A DNA stretch of 64,000 nucleotides from an uncultured Candidatus Saccharibacteria bacterium (GTDB lineage Bacteria > Patescibacteriota > Minisyncoccia > Phycocordibacterales > WO2-35-19). Where the stretch lies: positions 25,692 to 89,691 of the forward strand of contig CAZAXK010000002.1 in NCBI GenBank assembly GCA_964489135.1, in the 5' to 3' direction. The notes below the pieces were generated by a model. The model searched no databases, was not told where the DNA came from, and saw only the letters and a list, made by a program, of their open reading frames with translations. A program made the position numbers and the translations under genes. This document shows, piece after piece, positions 46,543 through 54,965 of this stretch. The first letter of the stretch is position 1. Every line of letters begins with the position of its first letter.

Positions 46543-49353
46543 TTATCTTAAATTTTGCTTCATCCTAAACGCACCCAATCTTTTGATGAATTTTTCCATT
46601 GTTTCGCCATTGCTATAGGGTCTCAGATCAACGTGGCTGTCAGAATTGGATAATATTTCGGTCTTGAGCTTGTTTATACCCTCTATCAAGTTTCGATGTT
46701 TAGTCGATTTGGATAGAATGTCCACCAAATTCTTTTCCAAGTTTGGATTCTTGGGGGATTCATAATATTGTAGCACTTTATCTGCTGGTAAATTGGCGAC
46801 CTGTTTCCATTCTGGAGTATCGACTCCAGCAATTTTTCTTAGACCAAAGCTCCCCCTCTTGCCATAGACAACATCGATGGATTGTTTGAACCCTTCTTGG
46901 AGCTGACTCTCAAATTCTGCCGAGTTCAAGGAAACTGCTTTGACTTCTGGACCAGAGATGGGCGTGTGTGGCTCACCCCCAAGATCCGGCCTTGGAGTCA
47001 TGAGCTTAAACAAGCGGGAATTGATTTCCCCCTGCTTTAAAACCAAGGAGTTTATTTCTTCGGTTATTTTTGTCGCTTTTTGTATTTCTTCAATGGTAAG
47101 TTGACGATCCTGATCCATTATCGAAGATCTTTCAGATCGCAACTCACTCAATTTCTTGTCGAGGTCAGTAAGTAAATTAGTTAGCTCCGTTGTCGTATAA
47201 GTTTTGCCTTCTACAAGGTCGGCCCCCATACCAGAATATTTAAAGTTCTGTGCTTGTTTCAAAATCGCATCGTCCTGTTTTGTAAGCTCAAGATCCGCTT
47301 TCACCTCTTCTATTTTTTTATCTTTTTCCAGAAGTCGCTTGGTCAAAACGCTCAGCTGATCTTCCACATCCTCTATCTCGTTTTTGAGATAGTTCGCCGA
47401 TTCTTCATAATCAATCGTTCCTTCCGAATGAGTCTCGAGTTCACCACGCGCCACTTCAAGCTTCTTCAGCTCTTCAGCAAGTTTGGCGACCTCCTCCGGA
47501 AACTTGGCCTTGAGGACAGAGCTCCCGAGCTTATAATCAAGCTCACCGAGCTTTTCGTTGATATCGATATCAGGAGCGCTATCGCTAGTATCGGGCACGG
47601 TAGGTGCTTCGGTCTTGCCACGCAAAATTTCTGCGACTCTTTCTGCCGTCAAGGGTTTACCGGCATTTTGCGGATCGCTCACCCACTCTGCAACCTTGCC
47701 ATTGATTTCGGTGATATTTTGCATTTGGGATTTGGAAAGAGCTTCGGCTTTATCGAGGATATCTTCCACCTTGGCCTTGTCCGCAAAGATTTTGCTAAAG
47801 TCGAGCTCATCCCCTATCTTGATCGATCCTCCTTGCCCCAAACCGATCGCCTCGCCTTGTCTCAACGCTTCGTTGGTCAAATTACTTATGACAAAGGTTT
47901 TCTTGGCCATTACCTCGTCCGCACTTCCACTGAGGTTCTTGAACTTCTCATTGTTCTCCATTATGTCCTTCAGGATATTCCAGGTTGAGCTACCATTCGC
48001 CACTTCTACCTTTACCACTTCCGGGTCAGCAAATAGCCCCTCGGCAACCTTGGCAGTCTCGGCCGTCTCTGGTACTTCGGCTTCAGGAGAGGCTGGGGGT
48101 TCAGCTGGAGTTGGAGCTTCTGGCTGTTCTGGTGCTGGTATCTCAGAGGAAGGTGTTATTTCAGGCTTATTTTTATCAAAAATTTCATTGGCCATCTCCG
48201 TAACCTTTCCCGTGCTTGGTGGTGGCGGTATATCCAAAGATTTCGGTAATTTTGGTTTGTCTGGTCCAAGTAGATCATTTATTTTTTCTGTTGTTTGATT
48301 GGAGAGCTTATCAAAAAATCCTTTAGCACCAGCACCAACTGGAGCCGTCGGTGTTGAATCATGAACAACATCTCCCAGACCCGACTCGGCCGTCTTTGCA
48401 CCGGCCATACTCGAACCCGCAAGCATACCGAGTCCAGCGACCGCAAATCCGCTCGCCACCTTGGCTCGTTTAACCCACTTCTGAATACGATCATGTTGCT
48501 GGTCGATGTCTTGCACCGCACGTATCGTTTCCATTTCGTTCAAATCTTGGGTCGCAATCTCTTCCAAGTTCTCTTTTCTCACCGCTTCGTTCTTTTGACC
48601 AAATTTTTCTATAGCCCCTCTTACTGCAGTACCGACTCCGAAGGTTGCCGCCCCTCTTGCCATTCTTGCACCAGCAAATGCTCCGGCCGAGCCAAGTGTA
48701 GTGCCGACAGCTGCGAGTCCCAGTCCATAGCCAGCGACGGTAAGTAGTGCAGTTGTGGCCGGTATACGGTAATACCACTTTATTCCTAAATACCATTTCA
48801 CTGCTTTGTTGGACAAAGCTCGGCCCAACATTTCTTTAGCGCTTACAATTATTTCTAGCTGTTCTTTTTCTTTCTGCGCATTTCGATAAGCTCGATATTC
48901 CGTCGAATATATCTCATTTATTATGTAGAGCTTAACTTTCGAGTCGATCTTTTTCTTTTCTTCCGGACTGAGTGCACCATAGTCGACACCAGCCAATATC
49001 TGCTCGCTTATTTTCCTCTTAACTACCTCCTTGCTTTCTTGGTAGGCGTCGTAACACTGCTTACCAACTCCACGCCTATAAGCTTTTGTCTGATCATCTA
49101 TATCTTTCGAATCTTTGGCTTCGTTGTAGTTATATTCGGCCTCTACGAAATTCTGTCGAGCATTGACCATCGCCTGCCACTCGGGCCCATTGCGCCATTC
49201 GGGAGTAATTTCTTCTTCATTATCCATTTCTTCCTCCTCTTCTTCGACTTCCTCTTCTACTTTCATAGGAAGGTTCTCTCCACGCTTGGTATGAAGAGGT
49301 GCGTTCGGGTTTATAGGATCTTTGTCCATTTCAGTCAAATTATACCTTGCCAT
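46543..49353 (-). CDS. Large hypothetical membrane-associated protein (936 aa)
   Basis: Long open frame; internal Gly/Ala-rich hydrophobic segments, Pro/Glu linker, coiled coils. Confidence 0.8.
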   Translation of the reverse strand: MARYNLTEMDKDPINPNAPLHTKRGENLPMKVEEEVEEEEEEMDNEEEITPEWRNGPEWQAMVNARQNFVEAEYNYNEAKDSKDIDDQTKAYRRGVGKQCYDAYQESKEVVKRKISEQILAGVDYGALSPEEKKKIDSKVKLYIINEIYSTEYRAYRNAQKEKEQLEIIVSAKEMLGRALSNKAVKWYLGIKWYYRIPATTALLTVAGYGLGLAAVGTTLGSAGAFAGARMARGAATFGVGTAVRGAIEKFGQKNEAVRKENLEEIATQDLNEMETIRAVQDIDQQHDRIQKWVKRAKVASGFAVAGLGMLAGSSMAGAKTAESGLGDVVHDSTPTAPVGAGAKGFFDKLSNQTTEKINDLLGPDKPKLPKSLDIPPPPSTGKVTEMANEIFDKNKPEITPSSEIPAPEQPEAPTPAEPPASPEAEVPETAETAKVAEGLFADPEVVKVEVANGSSTWNILKDIMENNEKFKNLSGSADEVMAKKTFVISNLTNEALRQGEAIGLGQGGSIKIGDELDFSKIFADKAKVEDILDKAEALSKSQMQNITEINGKVAEWVSDPQNAGKPLTAERVAEILRGKTEAPTVPDTSDSAPDIDINEKLGELDYKLGSSVLKAKFPEEVAKLAEELKKLEVARGELETHSEGTIDYEESANYLKNEIEDVEDQLSVLTKRLLEKDKKIEEVKADLELTKQDDAILKQAQNFKYSGMGADLVEGKTYTTTELTNLLTDLDKKLSELRSERSSIMDQDRQLTIEEIQKATKITEEINSLVLKQGEINSRLFKLMTPRPDLGGEPHTPISGPEVKAVSLNSAEFESQLQEGFKQSIDVVYGKRGSFGLRKIAGVDTPEWKQVANLPADKVLQYYESPKNPNLEKNLVDILSKSTKHRNLIEGINKLKTEILSNSDSHVDLRPYSNGETMEKFIKRLGAFRMKQNLR

Positions 49354-49371
49354 ATTTCAAACCACAACGAT

Positions 49372-49399
49372 TTGACAACTGTTTTCAACTGTGTATAAT
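49372..49399 (+). promoter_or_regulatory. Sigma70-type promoter of nusA
   Basis: TTGACA-16 nt-TATAAT. Confidence 0.65.
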
Positions 49400-49505
49400 T
49401 ATGAGCAATACTGAATGAACGAGACGTCCGCCTGAAGGCGGATATTTTGTTGGTTTCGGGTATACTTTAATCACTTTCAACTTTATAAACTTTTAACTAA
49501 TTAAG

Positions 49506-50654
49506 ATGTTTGACCTAAAAGTAATCAATTCGGTTCTCGACCAGCTCGAAGAAGAGCGCGGCATACCGAAAGAAAAGGTGCTCGAAGCGATCGAGATGGC
49601 TCTCGCCACTGCCTACAAGAAAGAATACGGTAAGCGCGGACAAATCATCCGTGCCAAGTTTGATATAAATACCGGTAGCGTCGAGATGGAGCAGATAAAG
49701 GTGGTTGTCGATGAAAACCAAGTCTTTATGGACAAAGATTCATTGACCGAAGCTTTGGAAAAGGCCGAGGAAACCGACGACGAACGCGTGCTCTTCAATC
49801 CCGAGCACCATATCTTGCTTGCTGATGCGAAAAGGATCAAGCGCGACGCCCAGCTCGGTGATGAGATCGTCTTCCCCATCGAATCCAAGGGTGACTACGG
49901 CCGAATCGCTTCCCAAACCGCCAAGCAAGTAATAATCCAAAAAATCCGCGAAGCTGAGAGAGGATCAGTCCTCAAAGAATTCGGTGCTCGCGAAGGCGAT
50001 ATAATCATGGGCTCAGTCCAGCGAATCGAGCGTGGAAATATTTTCATTGATGTTGGCCGAGCAGTGGGCATACTCCCCTACGAAGAGCAGATCCCCGGTG
50101 AAAGATATAGCCAAGGCGAGCGTGTTCGTGCTTACCTCTACCGCGTTGAGGATGGACCAAAGGGTGTAACCTTGCGACTTTCGCGATCTCATCCTCGATT
50201 CCTAGCCAAACTATTTGAAAGCGAAGCGCCAGAGCTCGCAAACGGCACCATCCAGATACAAGCAGTCGCCCGCGAGGCCGGTAGCCGATCCAAAGTAGCT
50301 GTAGCTACGAACGATCCTTATATCGATCCGGTTGGTTCCCTTGTTGGACAGCGCGGAGTCCGTGTCGCAACTGTCACCAGCGAGCTCGGCGGCGAAAAGA
50401 TTGATGTTATTGAGTGGTCAGAGGATCCCAAGACCTTTATCGAGGATGCTCTTTCTCCAGCCAAAATTGCTTCGGTAGAAATCGATGAGGAAAACCGACA
50501 AGCCAAAGTAGTAGTGTCTGAAGACCAGCAATCGCTTGCGATCGGCAAAGGTGGACAAAATGTCCGCTTGGCCGCAAAGCTGACCGGCTGGCGCATCGAC
50601 ATCAGCTCTATTGCTGGTGAAGACCTAGGCAGTGCCGAGGGCGAAGAATCCTAG
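49506..50654 (+). CDS. nusA: Transcription factor NusA
   Basis: GRIASQTAKQVIIQKIREAER, S1 domain, AREAG.RSKVAV, AIGKGGQNVRLAAKLTGWRIDI. Confidence 0.97.
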   Translation: MFDLKVINSVLDQLEEERGIPKEKVLEAIEMALATAYKKEYGKRGQIIRAKFDINTGSVEMEQIKVVVDENQVFMDKDSLTEALEKAEETDDERVLFNPEHHILLADAKRIKRDAQLGDEIVFPIESKGDYGRIASQTAKQVIIQKIREAERGSVLKEFGAREGDIIMGSVQRIERGNIFIDVGRAVGILPYEEQIPGERYSQGERVRAYLYRVEDGPKGVTLRLSRSHPRFLAKLFESEAPELANGTIQIQAVAREAGSRSKVAVATNDPYIDPVGSLVGQRGVRVATVTSELGGEKIDVIEWSEDPKTFIEDALSPAKIASVEIDEENRQAKVVVSEDQQSLAIGKGGQNVRLAAKLTGWRIDISSIAGEDLGSAEGEES

Positions 50655-50681
50655 AACTTCCGAAACCAAATATAATACAAC

Positions 50682-50712
50682 AAAAACTCGTAAGCCCCGC
50701 TTGCGAGTTTTT
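50682..50712 (+). terminator. Terminator after nusA
   Basis: AAAAACTCGTAAGC-CCC-GCTTGCGAGTTTTT. Confidence 0.75.
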
Positions 50713-50779
50713 GTTTTGCTTTTTGACCCAAAATTTCCTATACTTTGAGCATTATTTATAATCTATTATCTACAAATTT

Positions 50780-51304
50780 ATGAACTTATGGCATGAAATA
50801 GAACCAGGAACCAAGCAGAAGATGAATGTAATCATCGAAATCAACAAAGGTTCCAAGAACAAGTACGAGGTCGACAAGAAGACAGGGCTCATCGCTCTCG
50901 ATCGAGCCGCCCACACTTCGCAAGATTTTCCTTTCGATTACGGATTTGTGCCCCAGAGTCTTTGGCACGACAACGATCCGCTTGATGTGATAGTGCTTAC
51001 CACCTTCCCCCTATTGCCAGGGGTTATGGTGCGAGCAAGACCAGTCGGAATCATGAACATGATAGACGGTGGCGAAGGAGATGATAAAATAATATCAGTT
51101 CCTTGCGACGACCCACGATGGGACGACGTCAAGGATCTTGCCGATATAAACAAACACACGCTGAAAGAAATCGAGCACTTCTACTCAACTTACAAAAAAC
51201 TCCAAAACAAGGAGGTTGAGGTTACCGGCTTTAAGGGCAAAGAGGACGCCGAGAAAGCTTTCGACGAAGGTTTGGATCTTTATAAGGCCAAATTTACAAA
51301 GTAA
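50780..51304 (+). CDS. ppa: Inorganic pyrophosphatase (family I)
   Basis: KYEVDK, LDR, YGFVP, DNDPLD, D.GEGDDK, YK.L. Confidence 0.96.
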   Translation: MNLWHEIEPGTKQKMNVIIEINKGSKNKYEVDKKTGLIALDRAAHTSQDFPFDYGFVPQSLWHDNDPLDVIVLTTFPLLPGVMVRARPVGIMNMIDGGEGDDKIISVPCDDPRWDDVKDLADINKHTLKEIEHFYSTYKKLQNKEVEVTGFKGKEDAEKAFDEGLDLYKAKFTK

Positions 51305-51314
51305 TCTCATTATT

Positions 51315-51995
51315 ATGAACAAAAAAAAGTTTTTGGCAGGAAGTCTCGTCGCCTTAGGATTCTTGCCGGTATTCGTTTTCGCCGAGGACGGTGCTAGCAT
51401 CAGCGCTTCAACGAGCGTCAATGTCAAAATTGAGACCCGCAAACAAGAACGAGAAGAAGAGCGCGAGAAACGTCAGGACGAACGCAACACAATCAAGCAA
51501 AACATCGAAGCCAAGAAGGAAGCTTTGCAAGAATCAGTCAAAGCCAGAAAGGAAGTAGTAGAAAAGCAAGTACTCGAAAGACTACAAAAGTTTGTCGACA
51601 CTATTGTTACCCGCTTCGAATCAGCAACACAAAGACTCGATACTCTTGCCTCACGAATCCAGTCCCGCATCGACAAGCTAGCCCAAGCTGACATCGACAC
51701 CACCAACTCCAAGAAAGCTTTGGACGAAGCCAAGATCAAAATCCAATTGGCCAAGGAGGCAGTAGCCAAAATTAAGCCGAAGGCCGATGAGGTTATAGCC
51801 GGCGATGCACGAGCTCTCTACCCAGAACTGAAAGAAGTGGTTAATAATGCCAAGGAGGCCATAAAGGAAGCCCACGCTTCCCTTGTAGAAGTAGTCGAAG
51901 AATTGAAGCCCGGCCAACAGAAGCTCGAGGCGAAAGTAGAGTCGAAAACCAAAGTCGACGCTACGGCCTCGACCACAGAGGACGACAATTCCTAA
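51315..51995 (+). CDS. Secreted coiled-coil protein
   Basis: Signal peptide ending VFA-E, followed by a charged helical region. Start ATG 51315. Confidence 0.8.
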   Translation: MNKKKFLAGSLVALGFLPVFVFAEDGASISASTSVNVKIETRKQEREEEREKRQDERNTIKQNIEAKKEALQESVKARKEVVEKQVLERLQKFVDTIVTRFESATQRLDTLASRIQSRIDKLAQADIDTTNSKKALDEAKIKIQLAKEAVAKIKPKADEVIAGDARALYPELKEVVNNAKEAIKEAHASLVEVVEELKPGQQKLEAKVESKTKVDATASTTEDDNS

Positions 51996-52027
51996 ACATT
52001 TGAAATTAAAAATATAATTAGAAAAAA

Positions 52028-52324
52028 ATGGATAATGTAAACATGAACCAAATGCCTCCGATGGTTGAAGCTCCCAAAAAGAGTCTGACCCCGATGATCT
52101 TGGTAGTTCTTTTGCTCGCCGTTATCATTATCGGCGGTCTATACCTCATCAAGAGCAGGTCTGGCAACACTCCTTATGTCCCAAATCAGAGCGACACAGT
52201 CACCGAATCAATCCAATCACAGGGAAATTCGGATGATCTAAACTCGATCGAGGCCGACCTAAACGCCGAGACCTTCACCAACATCGATCAAGGCGCTTCG
52301 GTCATGGAATCAGAACTACAGTAA
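52028..52324 (+). CDS. Small membrane-anchored protein
   Basis: Single TM and an acidic tail with SDDLNSIEADL. Confidence 0.75.
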   Translation: MDNVNMNQMPPMVEAPKKSLTPMILVVLLLAVIIIGGLYLIKSRSGNTPYVPNQSDTVTESIQSQGNSDDLNSIEADLNAETFTNIDQGASVMESELQ

Positions 52325-52344
52325 CCCTTCTTAGGCAATCACCC

Positions 52345-52371
52345 AAAAAGAACCCTTAGCGGGTTCTTTTT
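52345..52371 (+). terminator. Intrinsic terminator
   Basis: AAAAAGAACCC-TTAGC-GGGTTCTTTTT. Confidence 0.75.
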
Positions 52372-52417
52372 GTTTGGACTTGCACAAAACATTTAATTAG
52401 TTTAGTTTTATAAAAAT

Positions 52418-53479
52418 ATGTATCAATATAAAATAAACAAACTTCCAAAATCAGAAGTAGAGATCGAAGTTTCTATACCGGCCGAGGAGCTGACCAAGGC
52501 TCACGCCAAAGCGCTCAAAAAGTTTTCCGAAACCATAAATATCGATGGGTTCCGCAAGGGCAACGTGCCCGAAAAGATCGTGCTCGAAAAGCTGGGCGAA
52601 AGAGCGGTCTTGGAAGAAGCGAGCGATATACTGCTCTCCGACCATTACCCCAAGATAATCGCTGAAACAAACTTGAAGACCGTGGGCCGACCCGCTATTT
52701 CGATCACCAAACTCGCCCTCGGCAATCCGGTAGAATTTAAAGCCAAGGTTGCAGTCGTGCCAGAATTCGACCTACCCGATTACAAAAAGCTTGCCCAAGA
52801 GGTAAAAGAAAAGAAACCTGCCTCCGACGACGCTACGGCGAGCGAGAAGGAAGTGGGTGATGTGCTCCTACAGATCAGGAAGAACAAAGCTCACCTCGAT
52901 TGGCACAAAGCAAACCCGAACGAGAACGACCATAATCACCCAGATATCGAAAAGGAGGAGAACTTACCAAAACTAGATGACGAGCTTGCAAAACAAGCCG
53001 GCAACTTCAAAAATCTTGCTGAGCTCAAGGCCAAAATTGAGGAGAACATCATCACCGACAAAAAGAATCGCGAAGTAGAAAAGCGACGTGCCGAAATAAT
53101 CGAAGCACTGCTCAAGGCAACCAAGATGGAAGTTCCCGAAATACTGGTGCAGAGTGAGATAGAGAAATCGCTAGCTCAATTCAAGGATGACATAGAGAGA
53201 ATGGGCGGTAAATGGGAGGACTACCTGACTCATGCGAAGAAGAGCGAGGACGATATCAGGAAAGAGATGCGCGACAACAGCGAGAAGCGCGCCAAGATCC
53301 AGCTCGTCTTCGACAAAATCGCCGAGACGGAAAAGCTCGAGCCAAACAAAGAAATTTTTGAGCACGAAGTAAAGCAGATATTGGACTACCACAAAGAAGC
53401 CGATGAAATGAGTGTGCGAATCTACGTCGCCACCACCCTCCTCAACCAAGAGGTGTTGAAACTCTTAGAGAATAATTAA
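52418..53479 (+). CDS. tig: Trigger factor (no FKBP domain)
   Basis: GFRKGNVP ribosome-binding motif, LPKLDDELAK, C-terminal chaperone domain. Confidence 0.9.
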   Translation: MYQYKINKLPKSEVEIEVSIPAEELTKAHAKALKKFSETINIDGFRKGNVPEKIVLEKLGERAVLEEASDILLSDHYPKIIAETNLKTVGRPAISITKLALGNPVEFKAKVAVVPEFDLPDYKKLAQEVKEKKPASDDATASEKEVGDVLLQIRKNKAHLDWHKANPNENDHNHPDIEKEENLPKLDDELAKQAGNFKNLAELKAKIEENIITDKKNREVEKRRAEIIEALLKATKMEVPEILVQSEIEKSLAQFKDDIERMGGKWEDYLTHAKKSEDDIRKEMRDNSEKRAKIQLVFDKIAETEKLEPNKEIFEHEVKQILDYHKEADEMSVRIYVATTLLNQEVLKLLENN

Positions 53480-54165
53480 AGAAATTTAGAGAGGGCGACG
53501 ACGGCAGCTGTTTCGGCACGTAACGTTAGTTCGCCCAAAGAAAATATTTCAACCTTTGCTTCTTTGAATTTCTCTATTTCCCTCTCCGACCAGCCACCTT
53601 CGGGACCGATAAATATAGTTGTTAGATTATAGTCCTTAGAGACTAGCTTTCCGTCTATGGGCAAACCAGACCGATCAAACGCTACGGTGAGAATGTTCTT
53701 ATCGAAACCAACGTCCAACAACTCCTGACTATCTTCTATGACAGGGACATCGGCTCTACCGCATTGCTCGCTTGCCTCCACTGCTATCTTGCGAGCGCGT
53801 TCAAGATTGAATCCTTTTTTCTCACTTCTTTCGGAGAGGATCGGTACAATTTTCGACACCCCGAGCTCGGTCGCCTTTTGTACGATCCATTCCATGTTGT
53901 CTTTCTTGATAAGCGCTTGGTAAAGTATGGGCCCACTACTACAATCAATACCCTCTCTTTCTTCTACGATCTCGAGCACCACTTCCCTATTTGCGATTCT
54001 TTCAATAACCGTCCTGTACTCTTTGCCGTCGCCGTTGAAAACCAGGAGCTCAGTGCCGGTGTTGTAGCGAAAGACGTTTCGCCATTGATGCAAAAGGTCT
54101 TCATCGTCGATAACAATTTTCTGCTCAGTAATTGGGGTTTTTATAAAAAATCTGTGCAAACGCAT
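53476..54165 (-). CDS. rsmE: 16S rRNA m3U1498 methyltransferase RsmE
   Basis: QKATELGV, EASEQCGR, IGPEGGWS, LRAETA. Confidence 0.95.
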   Translation of the reverse strand: MRLHRFFIKTPITEQKIVIDDEDLLHQWRNVFRYNTGTELLVFNGDGKEYRTVIERIANREVVLEIVEEREGIDCSSGPILYQALIKKDNMEWIVQKATELGVSKIVPILSERSEKKGFNLERARKIAVEASEQCGRADVPVIEDSQELLDVGFDKNILTVAFDRSGLPIDGKLVSKDYNLTTIFIGPEGGWSEREIEKFKEAKVEIFSLGELTLRAETAAVVALSKFL

Positions 54166-54188
54166 AAAAATATGTTAGCATTGCGGTC

Positions 54189-54782
54189 ATGAAAAATACA
54201 ATACAAAACTCAATATTGGTCCCAACCGTTATCGAAAAGACTCATCAGGGCGAAAGAGCTTACGACATCTACTCTCGCCTACTCAAAGAGCGCATTATTT
54301 TCCTCAGCGGACAAATTGACGACGTAAACGCAAACACCATAATCGCCCAGCTCCTGTTCCTTCAATCTGAAGACAACAAGAAAGATATTTCTCTTTATAT
54401 AAATTCTCCGGGGGGTTATGTCCACGCCGGGCTCGCCATTCTCGACACCATGAATCATATAAAGCCGGATGTACAAACTATTTGTGTAGGTATGGCCGCT
54501 TCTATGGCCTCTGTTCTCCTCTCGGCCGGCGCCAAAGGCAAGAGGTTTATCCTACCCAACTCAGAAGTGATGATTCACCAACCTCACGGCGGTAGCGAGG
54601 GTCAAGCCACTGATATCGAAATAAGTGCCAAGCACATCTTGAAACAGCGCGACTTGCTAAACAAAATTATAGCCAAGAATACCGGCCAACCTTTGTCCAA
54701 AATCGAGAAGGATGTCGACCGTGACTTCTTCATGGATGCCGACGAAGCCAAGAAATATGGAATAGTCGATAAGATTTTATAA
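54189..54782 (+). CDS. clpP: ATP-dependent Clp protease proteolytic subunit
   Basis: [35 protein letters not shown]. Confidence 0.98.
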   Translation: MKNTIQNSILVPTVIEKTHQGERAYDIYSRLLKERIIFLSGQIDDVNANTIIAQLLFLQSEDNKKDISLYINSPGGYVHAGLAILDTMNHIKPDVQTICVGMAASMASVLLSAGAKGKRFILPNSEVMIHQPHGGSEGQATDIEISAKHILKQRDLLNKIIAKNTGQPLSKIEKDVDRDFFMDADEAKKYGIVDKIL

Positions 54783-54785
54783 ACA

Positions 54786-54814
54786 TTGATAAAATCCTCT
54801 AACAGAGGTATACT
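54786..54814 (+). promoter_or_regulatory. Sigma70-type promoter upstream of rny
   Basis: TTGATA-17 nt-TATACT. Confidence 0.6.
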
Positions 54815-54837
54815 TTCGACATTAGCATTAAATTCAC

Positions 54838-54955
54838 GCGATTTTGCTTCAGAAAAGGCCTAATTTGAAAGAAAAAGTCCGAAAAACGAAAGATTCCTTA
54901 TGTTTTCCAAAACTTCCAAATACAAGCAAGTAAAGAGCTTCTGGGGTAAAATCGC
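54838..54955 (+). ncRNA. Rod-like structured RNA upstream of rny (6S RNA candidate or cis-acting leader)
   Basis: 17-bp closing helix 54838-54854/54939-54955 with G-U pairs, an A-rich internal bubble and inner stems. Confidence 0.5.
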
Positions 54956-54965
54956 CCAATAATAT

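Noticed and set aside
47254-48298. Two plus-strand ORFs of about 245 aa
   Set aside because: Antisense shadows of the 936-aa gene; composition typical of reverse frames
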